In this document: positions 40,099-50,314 of the stretch, one piece after another
How the letters are laid out: each line of letters starts with the position of its first letter
Numbering within the stretch: position 1 is the stretch's first letter
Origin: an uncultured Pseudomonadales bacterium
GTDB lineage: Bacteria; Patescibacteriota; Microgenomatia; UBA1400; UBA1449
NCBI GenBank assembly: GCA_964386355.1
Contig: CAYLQQ010000003.1
Location: 5,880 to 69,879, forward strand
Direction of reading: 5' to 3'
Length of the DNA stretch: 64,000 nucleotides
Notes under the pieces: model-generated
The model's database searches: none
Seen by the model: only the letters and a program-made list of their open reading frames with translations
What the model was told of the DNA's origin: nothing
Position numbers and translations under genes: made by a program

Positions 40099-40755
40099 TT
40101 AATTTCGTATTTCGTGATTCGTATGTAATAATTCTATTACTGCCTCATCTCCAACCTGATTAAAATCTGTATAAAACTGTCCAACTGCAAAAAAATCATC
40201 AGGAACTTCCAAAGTTATTACCATATCTACCTCTTTTTCCAAAATATGTAATGTAGTCCTAGAACATACGGGAAGTGCGATTATAACTTGTTTTGGTTCC
40301 CGGTTCCACACCTCCCGCGCTGCTGCTATCATTGTTGCCCCAGTAGCAGCACCATCATCCACCAAAATTATCCTTTTACCTTGTAGCTGAATCTCTGGTT
40401 TCCCTGCTCGGTACAGTTCTTCTTTGCGTGTAATCTCGGATTGTTTTACTGCTATTTCCGTTTCGATATAAGACAGAGGGACATGAAGTTCAGTGACAAT
40501 TCTCGTATCTATATAGAGAGAACCCGGAGTTTGCCCAACGGCACCCAGAGCAAGCTCTATTTGGCTTTTGTCTGTGATTTTTTTAGTAACAATAACATCC
40601 AAAGCTGTGCCTAATGTGCTTGAAACTTGTGCGCCCACAATCACTCCACCTCTGGGAATAGCCAATACAAGTGTCTGCTTGGGATCAACAAGCCCAAGCT
40701 CTTCTTTCAATTTTTTACCCAGTAGCTTCCCTGCTTCTTGCCTATTTAGATACAT
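40099..40755 (-). CDS. Type I phosphoribosyltransferase-domain protein (putative PRTase, substrate unknown)
   Basis: PRPP-binding motif RIILVDDGAATGATM. Confidence 0.65.
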   Translation of the reverse strand: MYLNRQEAGKLLGKKLKEELGLVDPKQTLVLAIPRGGVIVGAQVSSTLGTALDVIVTKKITDKSQIELALGAVGQTPGSLYIDTRIVTELHVPLSYIETEIAVKQSEITRKEELYRAGKPEIQLQGKRIILVDDGAATGATMIAAAREVWNREPKQVIIALPVCSRTTLHILEKEVDMVITLEVPDDFFAVGQFYTDFNQVGDEAVIELLHTNHEIRN

Positions 40756-40825
40756 GCGAGTATTTTATTATAAAAACCAGGCTTGGTGCCCCAATACCTG
40801 GTTTTTATAATATGTAAGTTCCGAA

Positions 40826-41185
40826 TTACTTTCCAACTTGCTTTTTTACTAAATCCGTCACTATGGGAAGGTTGACTGTTTTACCTTGATAGGTTTGTAC
40901 AATCATAACAAGCCACAAAACAAAACTAGCTAATCCAAAAAAGGGTAAAATCACAAGCCCTAAAAGTGGAATAAGCCCGATAACAATAGATGCAATATGA
41001 AGCAAGCCAAAAAGAATTAAGCTCTGCCAGGCATGGTATTTGACTACCTTACTTTCCTTATTGAGTAATAGTAATATCAATCCACTCACCCACCCAAGCA
41101 CATAGGCAAGCGCTGCTTCTGTATTTTCCGGAAGACCGGTCGCAGTTGTAGGTGTATTGGTTTCGTCTGCCATAAAATTTGACAA
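40826..41185 (-). CDS. DUF4870-like small membrane protein
   Basis: YHAWQSLILFGLL motif, 3 TM. Confidence 0.45.
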   Translation of the reverse strand: MSNFMADETNTPTTATGLPENTEAALAYVLGWVSGLILLLLNKESKVVKYHAWQSLILFGLLHIASIVIGLIPLLGLVILPFFGLASFVLWLVMIVQTYQGKTVNLPIVTDLVKKQVGK

Positions 41186-41253
41186 AAGCGCCGGATGTAA
41201 TATTACTATTTAGTACGGTGCTTCTATCTAGTAATTTAGTACTACAATATACA

Positions 41254-41943
41254 TTAGCTTGACTGCTGGGCAAGGTACTCAACTTGTTGTGGCGGTTCTT
41301 GTGTCGAATTTGAGCTTTCAGTGTTTTCGTTTAATAACTGCATATAAATTGAAAGACTCGCTAACCATATGGCAGGTAAGACGGCAATCAAGCCTATCAA
41401 TAGAGCAAGGGTGCCGGCAATTACCAATCCTATTTGGACAAACCCATATCCTATCAACTTCAATTTCACCCCATTAGTCATGAGAGCACTTTGCTTCATA
41501 GCCTCACCAATCTTAAGGTTTTTATCAGCTATCAAATAGGGTACGTACATGTATTTGAGCGCCCAGTATACTCCGGGTACGATCAATAAGATCAACCCAG
41601 CTATTACGATTAGTCCCACCAAAAGGCTGCCTAGAAAATAGGATAATAAACGGTCAGTACCTCTCAGTAAATCCTCGTACTCTGCCGTTTCGCCTCTGAG
41701 AAGTTTCAGTCCGATTCGTACCCAACCGATACCTATCAGTGATCCAATCACCATACTAATAACTATTGGTATAATAACCATGGGTGACTCCTGTTCCTGC
41801 AAATACGACTGTATGCCACTTAAAATCCCGCTAATGAGCATGTACAAAATGAAAGTAACAAATAAAAATCCGAAGTTTGCTTTGTATGTAGCCCAGCCCT
41901 GAGATAGAGCTAGTTTGATTGAAAATGATGGTTTTGGTTCCAT
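41254..41943 (-). CDS. DUF975-like polytopic membrane protein
   Basis: N-terminal ...GWATYKANFGFLFV typical of the family, 5-6 TM. Confidence 0.45.
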   Translation of the reverse strand: MEPKPSFSIKLALSQGWATYKANFGFLFVTFILYMLISGILSGIQSYLQEQESPMVIIPIVISMVIGSLIGIGWVRIGLKLLRGETAEYEDLLRGTDRLLSYFLGSLLVGLIVIAGLILLIVPGVYWALKYMYVPYLIADKNLKIGEAMKQSALMTNGVKLKLIGYGFVQIGLVIAGTLALLIGLIAVLPAIWLASLSIYMQLLNENTESSNSTQEPPQQVEYLAQQSS

Positions 41944-42355
41944 ATATGTGTTAAATTTAATTACTACTCTCTTCTGTAATAAACTCTATGCCGCCACTCA
42001 ATCTTAAGCCCAGGTTTATTACCACTCCCGCTAAAAGACCTGCTAAAAATCCAAAGATTCCATATAAGATAGGGATTACAATTACTGCAAATATACCGAT
42101 TCAACCCATAATATCCCCTTGCTCACCACTAAGAGGGGCTAGAAGTGACATAATTCCAATTATCAAACCAGCAATTAATCCAAAAACTGCTAAGATAAGG
42201 CCATAAAACTTAGCAAAAGATACAACACCAATTTTTTTTAAATATTTCATATAAGAATAAATAGTAAAATTTATTACTATTCCATGATATCAACAATATT
42301 TTAGCAATTCAATTGGAAGAGATTATAAAGTGATTATTGAGATTATAGACGAGTT

Positions 42356-43339
42356 TTACAATTTGATCTCAACTCTATACAACTGCTCGTTCACTGCTCC
42401 CAAATCATATTTATACCGCTCAGAACCTCTCATAAAATCATATATCTTATACTCTCTCCCCATATACTTTTGCATGATCAAAGCGTGGTTAAGCAAACCG
42501 ACGCTGTAATACCCATACTCTGGATCAAAACCGGAGTTGTACATAAGTAATCTATCATCCGACACAAATCCAATGGCTGATGCTGCCCGCTTACCATTGA
42601 CTTCCAAAAACCATAATTTAGTATGCCAACAGTTATACGAAAGCTGGGATACCTGCCAGAAAAAGTTTGCCATTTGTTCTGACATAAATTTTTCCTTGGC
42701 ACTATCAGATAGTCGATGTTGTCTAATAAACTCATCAAAATCTTCTTTATATATAGTATCCAACTCAATCAGTTTGCAGGGCATGGTTTCTAGCCGTTTT
42801 AGCTTCCGCCTGAGCTCTTTTCGGTCAACTCTAGCTAAATTAGAAAGATACTCATCCCAGGTTTGATCAAGCCTTATCCAGGGGGCTACTTCATCCGGAA
42901 TAATGTTTGCATACTGCTTCTGGTGAAAGTGCTTGTATATTGGACTATCTTCTCTCACGTAATCAAGCACTAGCTTGACAATGCCTTCGGTTTTTAAAAA
43001 GGCAAGAATCTGGATCCATATGTCTGCGTATATATGCGAGCTACTGTCAACACTTTGATCAACAACAATATCACCATAATCAGTGATCTCTTCTTTACCT
43101 AATACTGGCTTCATGCCCACAAACACCGCAAAATCTCCCATTTTTTCAAAGGTTGCCAATGCTAGAGTTTTACTGTTATGAATTACCTTAAGAAGCAACA
43201 AGCTGTTTTTTGGAATAAACTGCTGGGTAAATAACTGTGTATAAAGGTAAGACTGGAAAGGCGACAAATCTGACCGGCAAAATAATTTGTACCAGTCGTC
43301 TTTAACAGCAGATAGGTCTGTAATTTGAGTAATTTGCAC
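42356..43339 (-). CDS. GNAT-fold acetyltransferase of the FemAB/BioF2-like (Acetyltransf_6) type
   Basis: 327 aa, tandem GNAT-like halves. Weak family-level call. Confidence 0.45.
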   Translation of the reverse strand: MQITQITDLSAVKDDWYKLFCRSDLSPFQSYLYTQLFTQQFIPKNSLLLLKVIHNSKTLALATFEKMGDFAVFVGMKPVLGKEEITDYGDIVVDQSVDSSSHIYADIWIQILAFLKTEGIVKLVLDYVREDSPIYKHFHQKQYANIIPDEVAPWIRLDQTWDEYLSNLARVDRKELRRKLKRLETMPCKLIELDTIYKEDFDEFIRQHRLSDSAKEKFMSEQMANFFWQVSQLSYNCWHTKLWFLEVNGKRAASAIGFVSDDRLLMYNSGFDPEYGYYSVGLLNHALIMQKYMGREYKIYDFMRGSERYKYDLGAVNEQLYRVEIKL

Positions 43340-43384
43340 AGCGTTTAATAATGAAACTTAAAAAAACTTTGGAACAATGTACGT

Positions 43385-44736
43385 TTAAAACAATGTTCCC
43401 TGTTCAGTTTCATTTTGTGTAGTAACCATATCTGATTCTTGAGGAAAAATTCGTACCTTTCCAAACTCGCCATCAAACCCAGGCGAAACAAATATCTTTC
43501 CCTCCCTTGCCATTTGTATTGCCTCAGCCAAACGTTCTCCACCAGCTTTTTCAATCTCCTCTATTGTAATCTGAGAAAGTATCCTGAGTTCGCTGCCAAG
43601 TGTATAAATTAAGGTATCATAGGCAGCTTTAACCTTTTTACTTTTTTCTCCGGTTTTATACACTTCACTCAAAATTGCTGAGAGCGGAACCAGCATGCTA
43701 TACGGTTTTCTAAATATGCCTTTAGCTGTATATTCTAGCACACCATAGGCATTTTTTCTTTTTTCTACAGTCACATTATTATCTGCCAGTTGTTCTACTC
43801 TACCCAACACTCCGGGCGTCAATGACTTGCCACAGATAGGGCAGGTGTTGCCAAATTTGGCAATTTCCGCAGGCTCTCGTTTGATACCACAGTTACGGTG
43901 ACCATTGATATGGTACTTCCCTTCCTCGGGATAAAATTCTATCGTTTTTTCAATTTCCCAATCACCCTTATCCTGCAGGGCTAACCATAAATCCTTATAT
44001 GAAAATTTCTGATTTATTATTTTATTTTTATATATGTTATTTATTTTCTGAGTAAATAGGGTTAGTTCCCTCCCTATTTTTCAGGACTATGTGCATCAGA
44101 AAATGACACTATTGACCTGTTATCAAGTTCATTTATTTTCCAGTTCATCTCGGGATTTGAAGATAATCCGGTTTCTACTGCAAAGATATTCTCCGCGTAT
44201 TCTCCGTAACATTCCCGCAGACTATCAAATCCCGATTTAGCCCCCAGCACACCAAACCATGGCGTCCAGATGTGTGCAGGTATAACTAAAATACTGGGAT
44301 CTATGGTAAAAAGAAGTTCACATAATTGCCTAATAGATAAACTAATGATGGGACGTCCGTCCGAGCGGAGATTGCAGCCCCGCCTCTCCATCTCTTGTCT
44401 AACTTTACTTGCAATCTCTAAACTTGGCAGCAGCACAATGACATGTATTCTCCTTCCCTTTCCATACTGAGTGAAGATGCACGAAATCTCTCCGCCCACT
44501 ATGTAGCGGACAACATCGGTACCTTCTTGATTTTTTACCATATATACACCCTCATTTTGCTCAATGAGTTGATCCTGTAAGTTCAAAAACCACTCAGGAT
44601 TTGTAAAATCTCCGGTAGCAAGAAAGTTGATACCTTTGATTACCGCCATCTTTGCCATGACCGACAAATCCATTTGAGGCGATACTGCACGGGAATATTT
44701 GGAGTGCAGGTGAAGGTCGGCGACAATTGAATACAT
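43385..44736 (-). pseudogene. PHP-domain / endonuclease-Q-like gene (N-terminal PHP, zinc ribbon, C-terminal domain) split into two ORFs (44074-44736 and 43385-44080) by a +/-1 frame change at a GAAAAAUAG site
   Basis: Upstream ORF has the PHP signature ADLHLHSKYS. The downstream frame opens at 44080 and encodes a zinc ribbon (H..CG...CPICG) with no canonical start until a TTG at 43822. The two frames overlap by 7 nt at an A5 run next to the TAG stop. Confidence 0.5.
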
Positions 44737-44745
44737 ATCTAAATG

Positions 44746-45537
44746 TTAGTTTCTTGCGCAATGACTTGTAATATAGTTAAAGATCAAGCGCGATACTTGT
44801 TCACGAGCGTTAATGATTGATATATGATTTGTGTCGATAAACTCAAGCAGGGCATTTGGTAAATGTATTGCCAAATCTATTTGACTTTCTCGAGGATAAA
44901 TTATGTCGTATTTTCCTCCAATAACCAAAGTAGGAATAGTAATATATTTAAGTTTTTCTTTGAAATTACATCTTGTTAAAGCTGTAAAAATTGTAATGTA
45001 ATAGCGCAAACCAACGTGTCCTATATCCGAAACCAGTCTGCGTATACTAATGTCTGTTGTACCAATAAACGTATCATGTATTATATGTCTGTTGATGTGA
45101 TTGGTCGGCACAAATGGAATCAAAAATTTAAATATTTTAATCAGTTGTGCAGCCTCGGCCAGTTTATATCCACTATTTATTAGCACCAAAGCTAATACAG
45201 AGTTTTGAAACCTGTAAGCATAGGCTAGCGCAACCAAACCACCCATACAATGTCCGACTATAATGGGATTATTTATTTTCAGCTTTTCTAATATCAAAGA
45301 AAGTACTTCAATATTTTCATTAAAATTGAACTTGCTGTTTGGGCGGTATGATAACCCATGTCCCGGCAAATCAATTGCAACATAGTTATATCCGACATCT
45401 ACCGTAGCTTGTTTCATAAACACCCAAGCCTTACAGTCACCACCTAATCCATGCAAATACAGCACATCACCTTTAGACTTTGCCTTGGTTGTATAATGGT
45501 CAACATAAACCATTCCTTCTGGTGTTTTTAGATACAT
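44746..45537 (-). CDS. Alpha/beta-hydrolase with GxCxG nucleophile elbow
   Basis: HGLGGD oxyanion region and IVGHCMGG elbow (Cys in place of Ser). Confidence 0.6.
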   Translation of the reverse strand: MYLKTPEGMVYVDHYTTKAKSKGDVLYLHGLGGDCKAWVFMKQATVDVGYNYVAIDLPGHGLSYRPNSKFNFNENIEVLSLILEKLKINNPIIVGHCMGGLVALAYAYRFQNSVLALVLINSGYKLAEAAQLIKIFKFLIPFVPTNHINRHIIHDTFIGTTDISIRRLVSDIGHVGLRYYITIFTALTRCNFKEKLKYITIPTLVIGGKYDIIYPRESQIDLAIHLPNALLEFIDTNHISIINAREQVSRLIFNYITSHCARN

Positions 45538-45569
45538 ACTGACATTATACCAAGTTAAGGTTTTGCAAT

Positions 45570-46421
45570 ATGTTACAACCCTATTTTTCTATTATCATCC
45601 CGTGTTTAAACGAAGAAAAAACATTACCTTTTCTACTTAAAGATATCCGTAAGCAATTCTGGAAGGATTATGAACTGATTGTTGTTGATGGTATGTCCAC
45701 TGATAAAACCCGGGAAATCGTTGTTTCCAGTTCCAATATAAAACTGCTAGAAAGTACTGTCCGCAACGTGTCCATTCAAAGAAACATGGGAGCAGCTAAA
45801 GCCACTGGTAAATATCTTATCTTTTTTGATGCAGACACCAGAATTCCTGCTTACTTTTTGACTGGGCTAGCGTATCAAATACAATATTCTAGGGCAGATA
45901 TGTTCACCTGTTGGGCTACGGTTGCTGAAAACAAACGCCAAAATAAAATGGTTGCATCACTGCTTAACATGGGAATGGAACTAGGTAAGTTTGTAGACAA
46001 CCCAGAAGTAGTAGGAGCTATGATGGGATTTAAGAGAAAGGTATTTAAGGCATTAAAAGGGTTTAATGCCGATATCACCTTTGCTGAAGATGTTGAATTA
46101 TGTAAAAGAGGATTTGAGCGGGGGTTTCGGTTTGAACTGTTTAGAAATCCCCGTTATATATATTCACTGCGCCGTTATCATGCTGAAGGGACTATCGCCA
46201 TGCTTCAAACTTACGCAAAACTGCATTCACGCATTTTACTTAGAGGATTCCCTACTAATGACCTAGACAATGTGTATCCTATGATGGGTGGCAGCTTGTA
46301 TATGGCGCAAAAGTATAAGGATGGGTTTTTAGCTCGAATGGAACGCAATATAGATAAAGCCCGATCCCTGGTTAATGTAAAAAAGTGGCCAACATTCTGG
46401 AAACGTATCCAACAAGATTGA
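45570..46421 (+). CDS. Family-2 glycosyltransferase
   Basis: FSIIIPCLNEE, DxD-containing GT-A fold. Paralogue of the next gene. Confidence 0.75.
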   Translation: MLQPYFSIIIPCLNEEKTLPFLLKDIRKQFWKDYELIVVDGMSTDKTREIVVSSSNIKLLESTVRNVSIQRNMGAAKATGKYLIFFDADTRIPAYFLTGLAYQIQYSRADMFTCWATVAENKRQNKMVASLLNMGMELGKFVDNPEVVGAMMGFKRKVFKALKGFNADITFAEDVELCKRGFERGFRFELFRNPRYIYSLRRYHAEGTIAMLQTYAKLHSRILLRGFPTNDLDNVYPMMGGSLYMAQKYKDGFLARMERNIDKARSLVNVKKWPTFWKRIQQD

Positions 46422-46483
46422 AATAGTCTTATTCTTCTTATATTATCTTGTAAAATGCATACATACACTTTACACTAACAGTC

Positions 46484-47272
46484 ATGCCACCCTTTTTTTC
46501 TATAATTATTCCCACTCTTAACGAAGAAGAATACCTTCCTAAGCTGTTGACTGATATTTCTAACCAGTCTTTTCAAGATGTAGAAATTTTTGTGGTAGAC
46601 GGCAGATCAGAAGACAAAACTCGTCAACGTGCGCGTCAATACACCAAAGTTGCAATTATTGATTGTCACGAGCGCCATGTTTCAGTACAACGTAACATGG
46701 GAGCTTGGCAATCAAAAGGCGATTTTCTGCTCTTTTTTGATGCTGATACGCGTATCGGGTCCGACTTTTTACAGGCACTTAAAAACCAGCTAAAAAAACA
46801 CCCATCAGACGTAAGTGTTTGCTGGACTAAAGAGCTAGGTAAGCAAACTACCAACTCCCTTATCCATACTGTAGTTAATATTGGTGTTGAGCTAAGCAAG
46901 GCTATGGATAAGCCAACCGCCCAAGGCAGTCAAATGTGTTTTAATCGAGAAGTATTCAATAAAATCAAAGGTTTTAGTGAAACCATCAATTATGCCGAGG
47001 ATACTGAAATTGTCAGGCGTGCTGTCAACATGGGATACCACTTCGAAGTTTATAAAACCCCCCAGTTTGAGTATAGTCTGCGACGCATCAAAACCAATGG
47101 CTTAGGCAAAAGTCTTGAAAATTATATCAAACTTGGCTCACAAGTAATGAAAAACGAGTACCCCACTAAAAAGGTTACAGAGTACCCAATGGATGGTGGT
47201 AAAATGTACCCCAAACGTAAAAAACAAAAAACTATCAAATTGCGTGATGTGCTTCAGAAAATCGTGAGTTAA
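46484..47272 (+). CDS. Family-2 glycosyltransferase (tandem paralogue)
   Basis: FSIIIPTLNEEEYL, FFDADTRI. Colinear with the preceding gene. Confidence 0.75.
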   Translation: MPPFFSIIIPTLNEEEYLPKLLTDISNQSFQDVEIFVVDGRSEDKTRQRARQYTKVAIIDCHERHVSVQRNMGAWQSKGDFLLFFDADTRIGSDFLQALKNQLKKHPSDVSVCWTKELGKQTTNSLIHTVVNIGVELSKAMDKPTAQGSQMCFNREVFNKIKGFSETINYAEDTEIVRRAVNMGYHFEVYKTPQFEYSLRRIKTNGLGKSLENYIKLGSQVMKNEYPTKKVTEYPMDGGKMYPKRKKQKTIKLRDVLQKIVS

Positions 47273-48377
47273 TAATATCCGTAATTTTTTTCTTAAATAT
47301 ATCCTCATCAAACCTCCTCGCATTCTCCCACAAATCTTTCTTATTAAATTTCATCTTCTCAAACCTCCCCATTGCCTCAATCAAACTTTCAAGCGTGTAT
47401 TCTCTAAAGAACAACCCTGTCTTTCCATCAACAACCGTTTCCTTATATCCACCTCCATAGTAAGCCAATACCGGAGTCCCTGCAGCCTGTGCCTCTACTA
47501 CTGTCATTCCAAAATCCTCATCCAAGGCAAGGGCTAAAAATCCCTTGGCCCCGCTGTAATACTGACACAATTTTTCATCCTCAACTCTACCTACAAACTC
47601 TACCGTACTGCCTTTGAGCTTTTGCAGTTTCTCTTCCTCCCACCTCAAACCCGCGGTTTCGCCCACGATCTTAAGGTTCACCCCTAGCGTATTGGCAGCC
47701 TCAATCGCCATATCAATCCCCTTCGCCCCCACCACTCGCGAGACTATTAAATAATATTCTTTATTGTTTTGAGTTTTGAGTTTTGAGTTTTGAGTTTGGT
47801 CAATTATTTTATTGACCATAATCGGCGGATACACAATAGTACTATCTCTCCCATATATGCGTTTTACCCGCTCAGCCACATTTGCAGAGTTAACTACCAG
47901 AAGATCCGGCCTTTGGGCTGCATGCCAATCATACCTGCGTAAAAAATTGTTGACTACTTTTGCATAGAGCTTGATCAAAGGATACCGTTGCCATTCAATA
48001 GCAGTTGGATAACCATACAAATATCTGGGGGGGGTATGGATATAGCTTATATGGGTGCATTCAGGTGGAACAATAATACCTTTGGTTATGTACCACGAGG
48101 CTGATGAGATTACCACATCGAATTTTCTAAAATCAAAGCCTTCCCAAACCCAGGGAGCTAAAAAACGTAATGGACTATATAGTTTTTTGAATTTCAGGAT
48201 CGGAGCTGGTTCTGATTCAACAATTTTCTTATCTTTGAATTGCTTCCAGGCAGTACTACCTTTAATGATAAATGCTGTATATATGGGAGCATCAGGAAAC
48301 ATCTCACACAGCGTTTGTAAAACCCGTTCCGCCCCACCATATTCGGCCAGATAATCGTGTACAAGTGCAACCCGCAT
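47235..48377 (-). CDS. Family-4 (GT-B) glycosyltransferase containing a (ttttgag)x4 heptanucleotide repeat
   Basis: MRVALVHDYLAEYGGAERV N-terminus and EDFGMTVVEAQAAGTPV C-terminal GT4 motif. The 3' end overlaps the convergent GT2 gene by 38 nt. Confidence 0.75.
   Translation of the reverse strand: MRVALVHDYLAEYGGAERVLQTLCEMFPDAPIYTAFIIKGSTAWKQFKDKKIVESEPAPILKFKKLYSPLRFLAPWVWEGFDFRKFDVVISSASWYITKGIIVPPECTHISYIHTPPRYLYGYPTAIEWQRYPLIKLYAKVVNNFLRRYDWHAAQRPDLLVVNSANVAERVKRIYGRDSTIVYPPIMVNKIIDQTQNSKLKTQNNKEYYLIVSRVVGAKGIDMAIEAANTLGVNLKIVGETAGLRWEEEKLQKLKGSTVEFVGRVEDEKLCQYYSGAKGFLALALDEDFGMTVVEAQAAGTPVLAYYGGGYKETVVDGKTGLFFREYTLESLIEAMGRFEKMKFNKKDLWENARRFDEDIFKKKITDIINSRFSEAHHAI
47767..47794. repeat. 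Heptanucleotide tandem repeat (ttttgag)x4 inside the GT4 coding sequence
   Basis: gttttgagttttgagttttgagttttgagtttggtc. Encodes QTQNSKLKTQN in the inter-domain linker. Confidence 0.85.
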
Positions 48378-48575
48378 AGTATTTTATTACTGCTACTTTA
48401 AACCTTAAGCAGACTAGATTAAACAAAAAAGCTTGAATGAAAGCCCAATCTTAAAAAAGAAATTTGGGAGGATTCATAGCTTTTAAGCGATAATTTACTG
48501 GCTAAGATTTAACGAGCTGTCTTTTCTTTTCTTATTTATCGTTTCTTAAGACAAACAAAGAAAAGGTATATTGTA

Positions 48576-49532
48576 TTAAAACAAACTCATTTGATCTTCG
48601 GCTTCTTTTTCTTTTTTCTTCTTTTCCTGCGGACTTAAAAAAATATCTTCAATATAATCTTTAGGTAGTCTTTTTATTAGAGATAGAAATTCTAACTTGG
48701 TAAACAGATCAACTACAGCAGCTTGGTCATAGTCACATAGTTTTGCCTTTTCAAGATTAAAATCTAAAGGAACTGTCCTATGTATTGTTGCCAGCTGCTT
48801 TGATAAGAAAGCGCTTTCCTTGTCTTTTTGAAGTTTCTCTTTAATACTTCCTTTGATTTGGTCAATATGTTCATAGATCATTTCAACTGATCCATACCTT
48901 TTAATAAGCTCTGTGGCTGTCTTAGGACCTATGCCCGTAACTCCCGGGATTTCATCGCTACTATCGCCTGCCAGGGCTTTGTAGTCAATCATCTGCAGTG
49001 GTAAAAATCCATACTCAGCTTCAAACGCTTCTGGATCAAATACCTTCTCTGCCTGCCTGCCACGGGCAGGGAACAGCACTCTCGTTTTGTAAGAAAGTAG
49101 TTGCAATAAGTCCCTGTCACCGGTAATGATATATGTCTGATCAACACAACATTCAGCCTCTCTTGAGATTGTGCCGATAATATCATCTGCCTCAAAACCG
49201 CTCATATTAAAACGAGGAATATTTAGCGTATCAACAACTTCTCTAGTTCGTTCTATTTGACTAACCAGACTATCATCCATTTTTGGCCGATGAGCTTTGT
49301 ACTCTGCAAACTTCTCATGCCGGAAAGTAGGCCCTTTTTCGTCAAAAGCCACTACTGCGTGTGTAGGTTTGAGTTGTTTAAACAGAGTCAGCAAAGTAGA
49401 GGTAAATCCATATGTAGCATTGGTTAACTCACCGTCTTTTGTTTGTAAAGTTGGAGGATACGCGTGGTAGGCACGATGTAAAAGCGCATTCCCGTCAAAG
49501 AGAATGATAGTAACTGGAGATTTCTTTTCCAT
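48576..49532 (-). CDS. Stand-alone 5'-3' exonuclease (Pol I N-terminal / FEN-like)
   Basis: ILFDGNALLHRAYHA, acidic metal-binding clusters and an H3TH region (GVTGIGPKTA). Confidence 0.8.
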   Translation of the reverse strand: MEKKSPVTIILFDGNALLHRAYHAYPPTLQTKDGELTNATYGFTSTLLTLFKQLKPTHAVVAFDEKGPTFRHEKFAEYKAHRPKMDDSLVSQIERTREVVDTLNIPRFNMSGFEADDIIGTISREAECCVDQTYIITGDRDLLQLLSYKTRVLFPARGRQAEKVFDPEAFEAEYGFLPLQMIDYKALAGDSSDEIPGVTGIGPKTATELIKRYGSVEMIYEHIDQIKGSIKEKLQKDKESAFLSKQLATIHRTVPLDFNLEKAKLCDYDQAAVVDLFTKLEFLSLIKRLPKDYIEDIFLSPQEKKKKEKEAEDQMSLF

Positions 49533-49684
49533 ACTACCATTATATCAGGAAGTGTAAAACCGTCTGATTAGTAAATTGTGCTGCATAGAATGTATGATAG
49601 CTACATTACTACATATCATTTTCCGATTACTATGTAAGTTTAGAGGTGCAAGACATTGTTACGCTACGTGTGCTAAATATAATA

Positions 49685-50041
49685 CTAGCTAACGTCATTA
49701 GAATTTTTCTTTATTAAATACTCAATCTTTTTTTCAGTTCGGTCAAATCTTGCCTGCAAATCATCTAATTGCTGATTTATTTTTTTCCAATCTCTTTGCG
49801 TCCTCCTATGGGCATAATAGGACGCAATTAGCGTTATTGTAGTTGATAAAAACACCAAGCCTCCCAACATGAGCGTTGTAGCCACCACTCTTCCTCCTAA
49901 AGTAACTGGATAATAATCACCATAACCGACAGCAGCTACCGTCACCAGCGACCACCATAAACTCTCACCAAACGAATTGATGTTTGATCCGCTCTGTCCC
50001 CGTTCATACATGGGCACCACCACAGCAGCGGTCAGTATCAT
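49685..50041 (-). CDS. Miniature K+ channel subunit (pore helix, GYGD filter, TM2, C-terminal coiled coil); TM1 appears truncated at the annotated ATG
   Basis: SFGESLWWSLVTVAAVGYGDYYPVT selectivity-filter region. The in-frame upstream 40 codons (50042-50161) would supply TM1 (KFILALAVMILTAAVVV) but contain no ATG/GTG/TTG. Confidence 0.55.
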   Translation of the reverse strand: MILTAAVVVPMYERGQSGSNINSFGESLWWSLVTVAAVGYGDYYPVTLGGRVVATTLMLGGLVFLSTTITLIASYYAHRRTQRDWKKINQQLDDLQARFDRTEKKIEYLIKKNSNDVS

Positions 50042-50314
50042 GACCGCAAGCGCTAATATAAACTTATGTATCCGGTAGGTGTGGAATAGTTCTTTAAAAA
50101 GGAGTGAGGGTTTCAGATTAGTTATAGGTTGTAGGTTGTAAGAAAATAGGTCTTTACTGTTTTATACCTACAACTTACCACTTATATCTATTTCCATTAT
50201 GGCAGATACAACAAAAAAATAGAACAAGTATAAAATCTATACTATCAAACAATAGATTATTATTGCGTTACTTTTAAATAGGAGTAACTAGACTGCTACG
50301 ACACGAAGTGGGTT

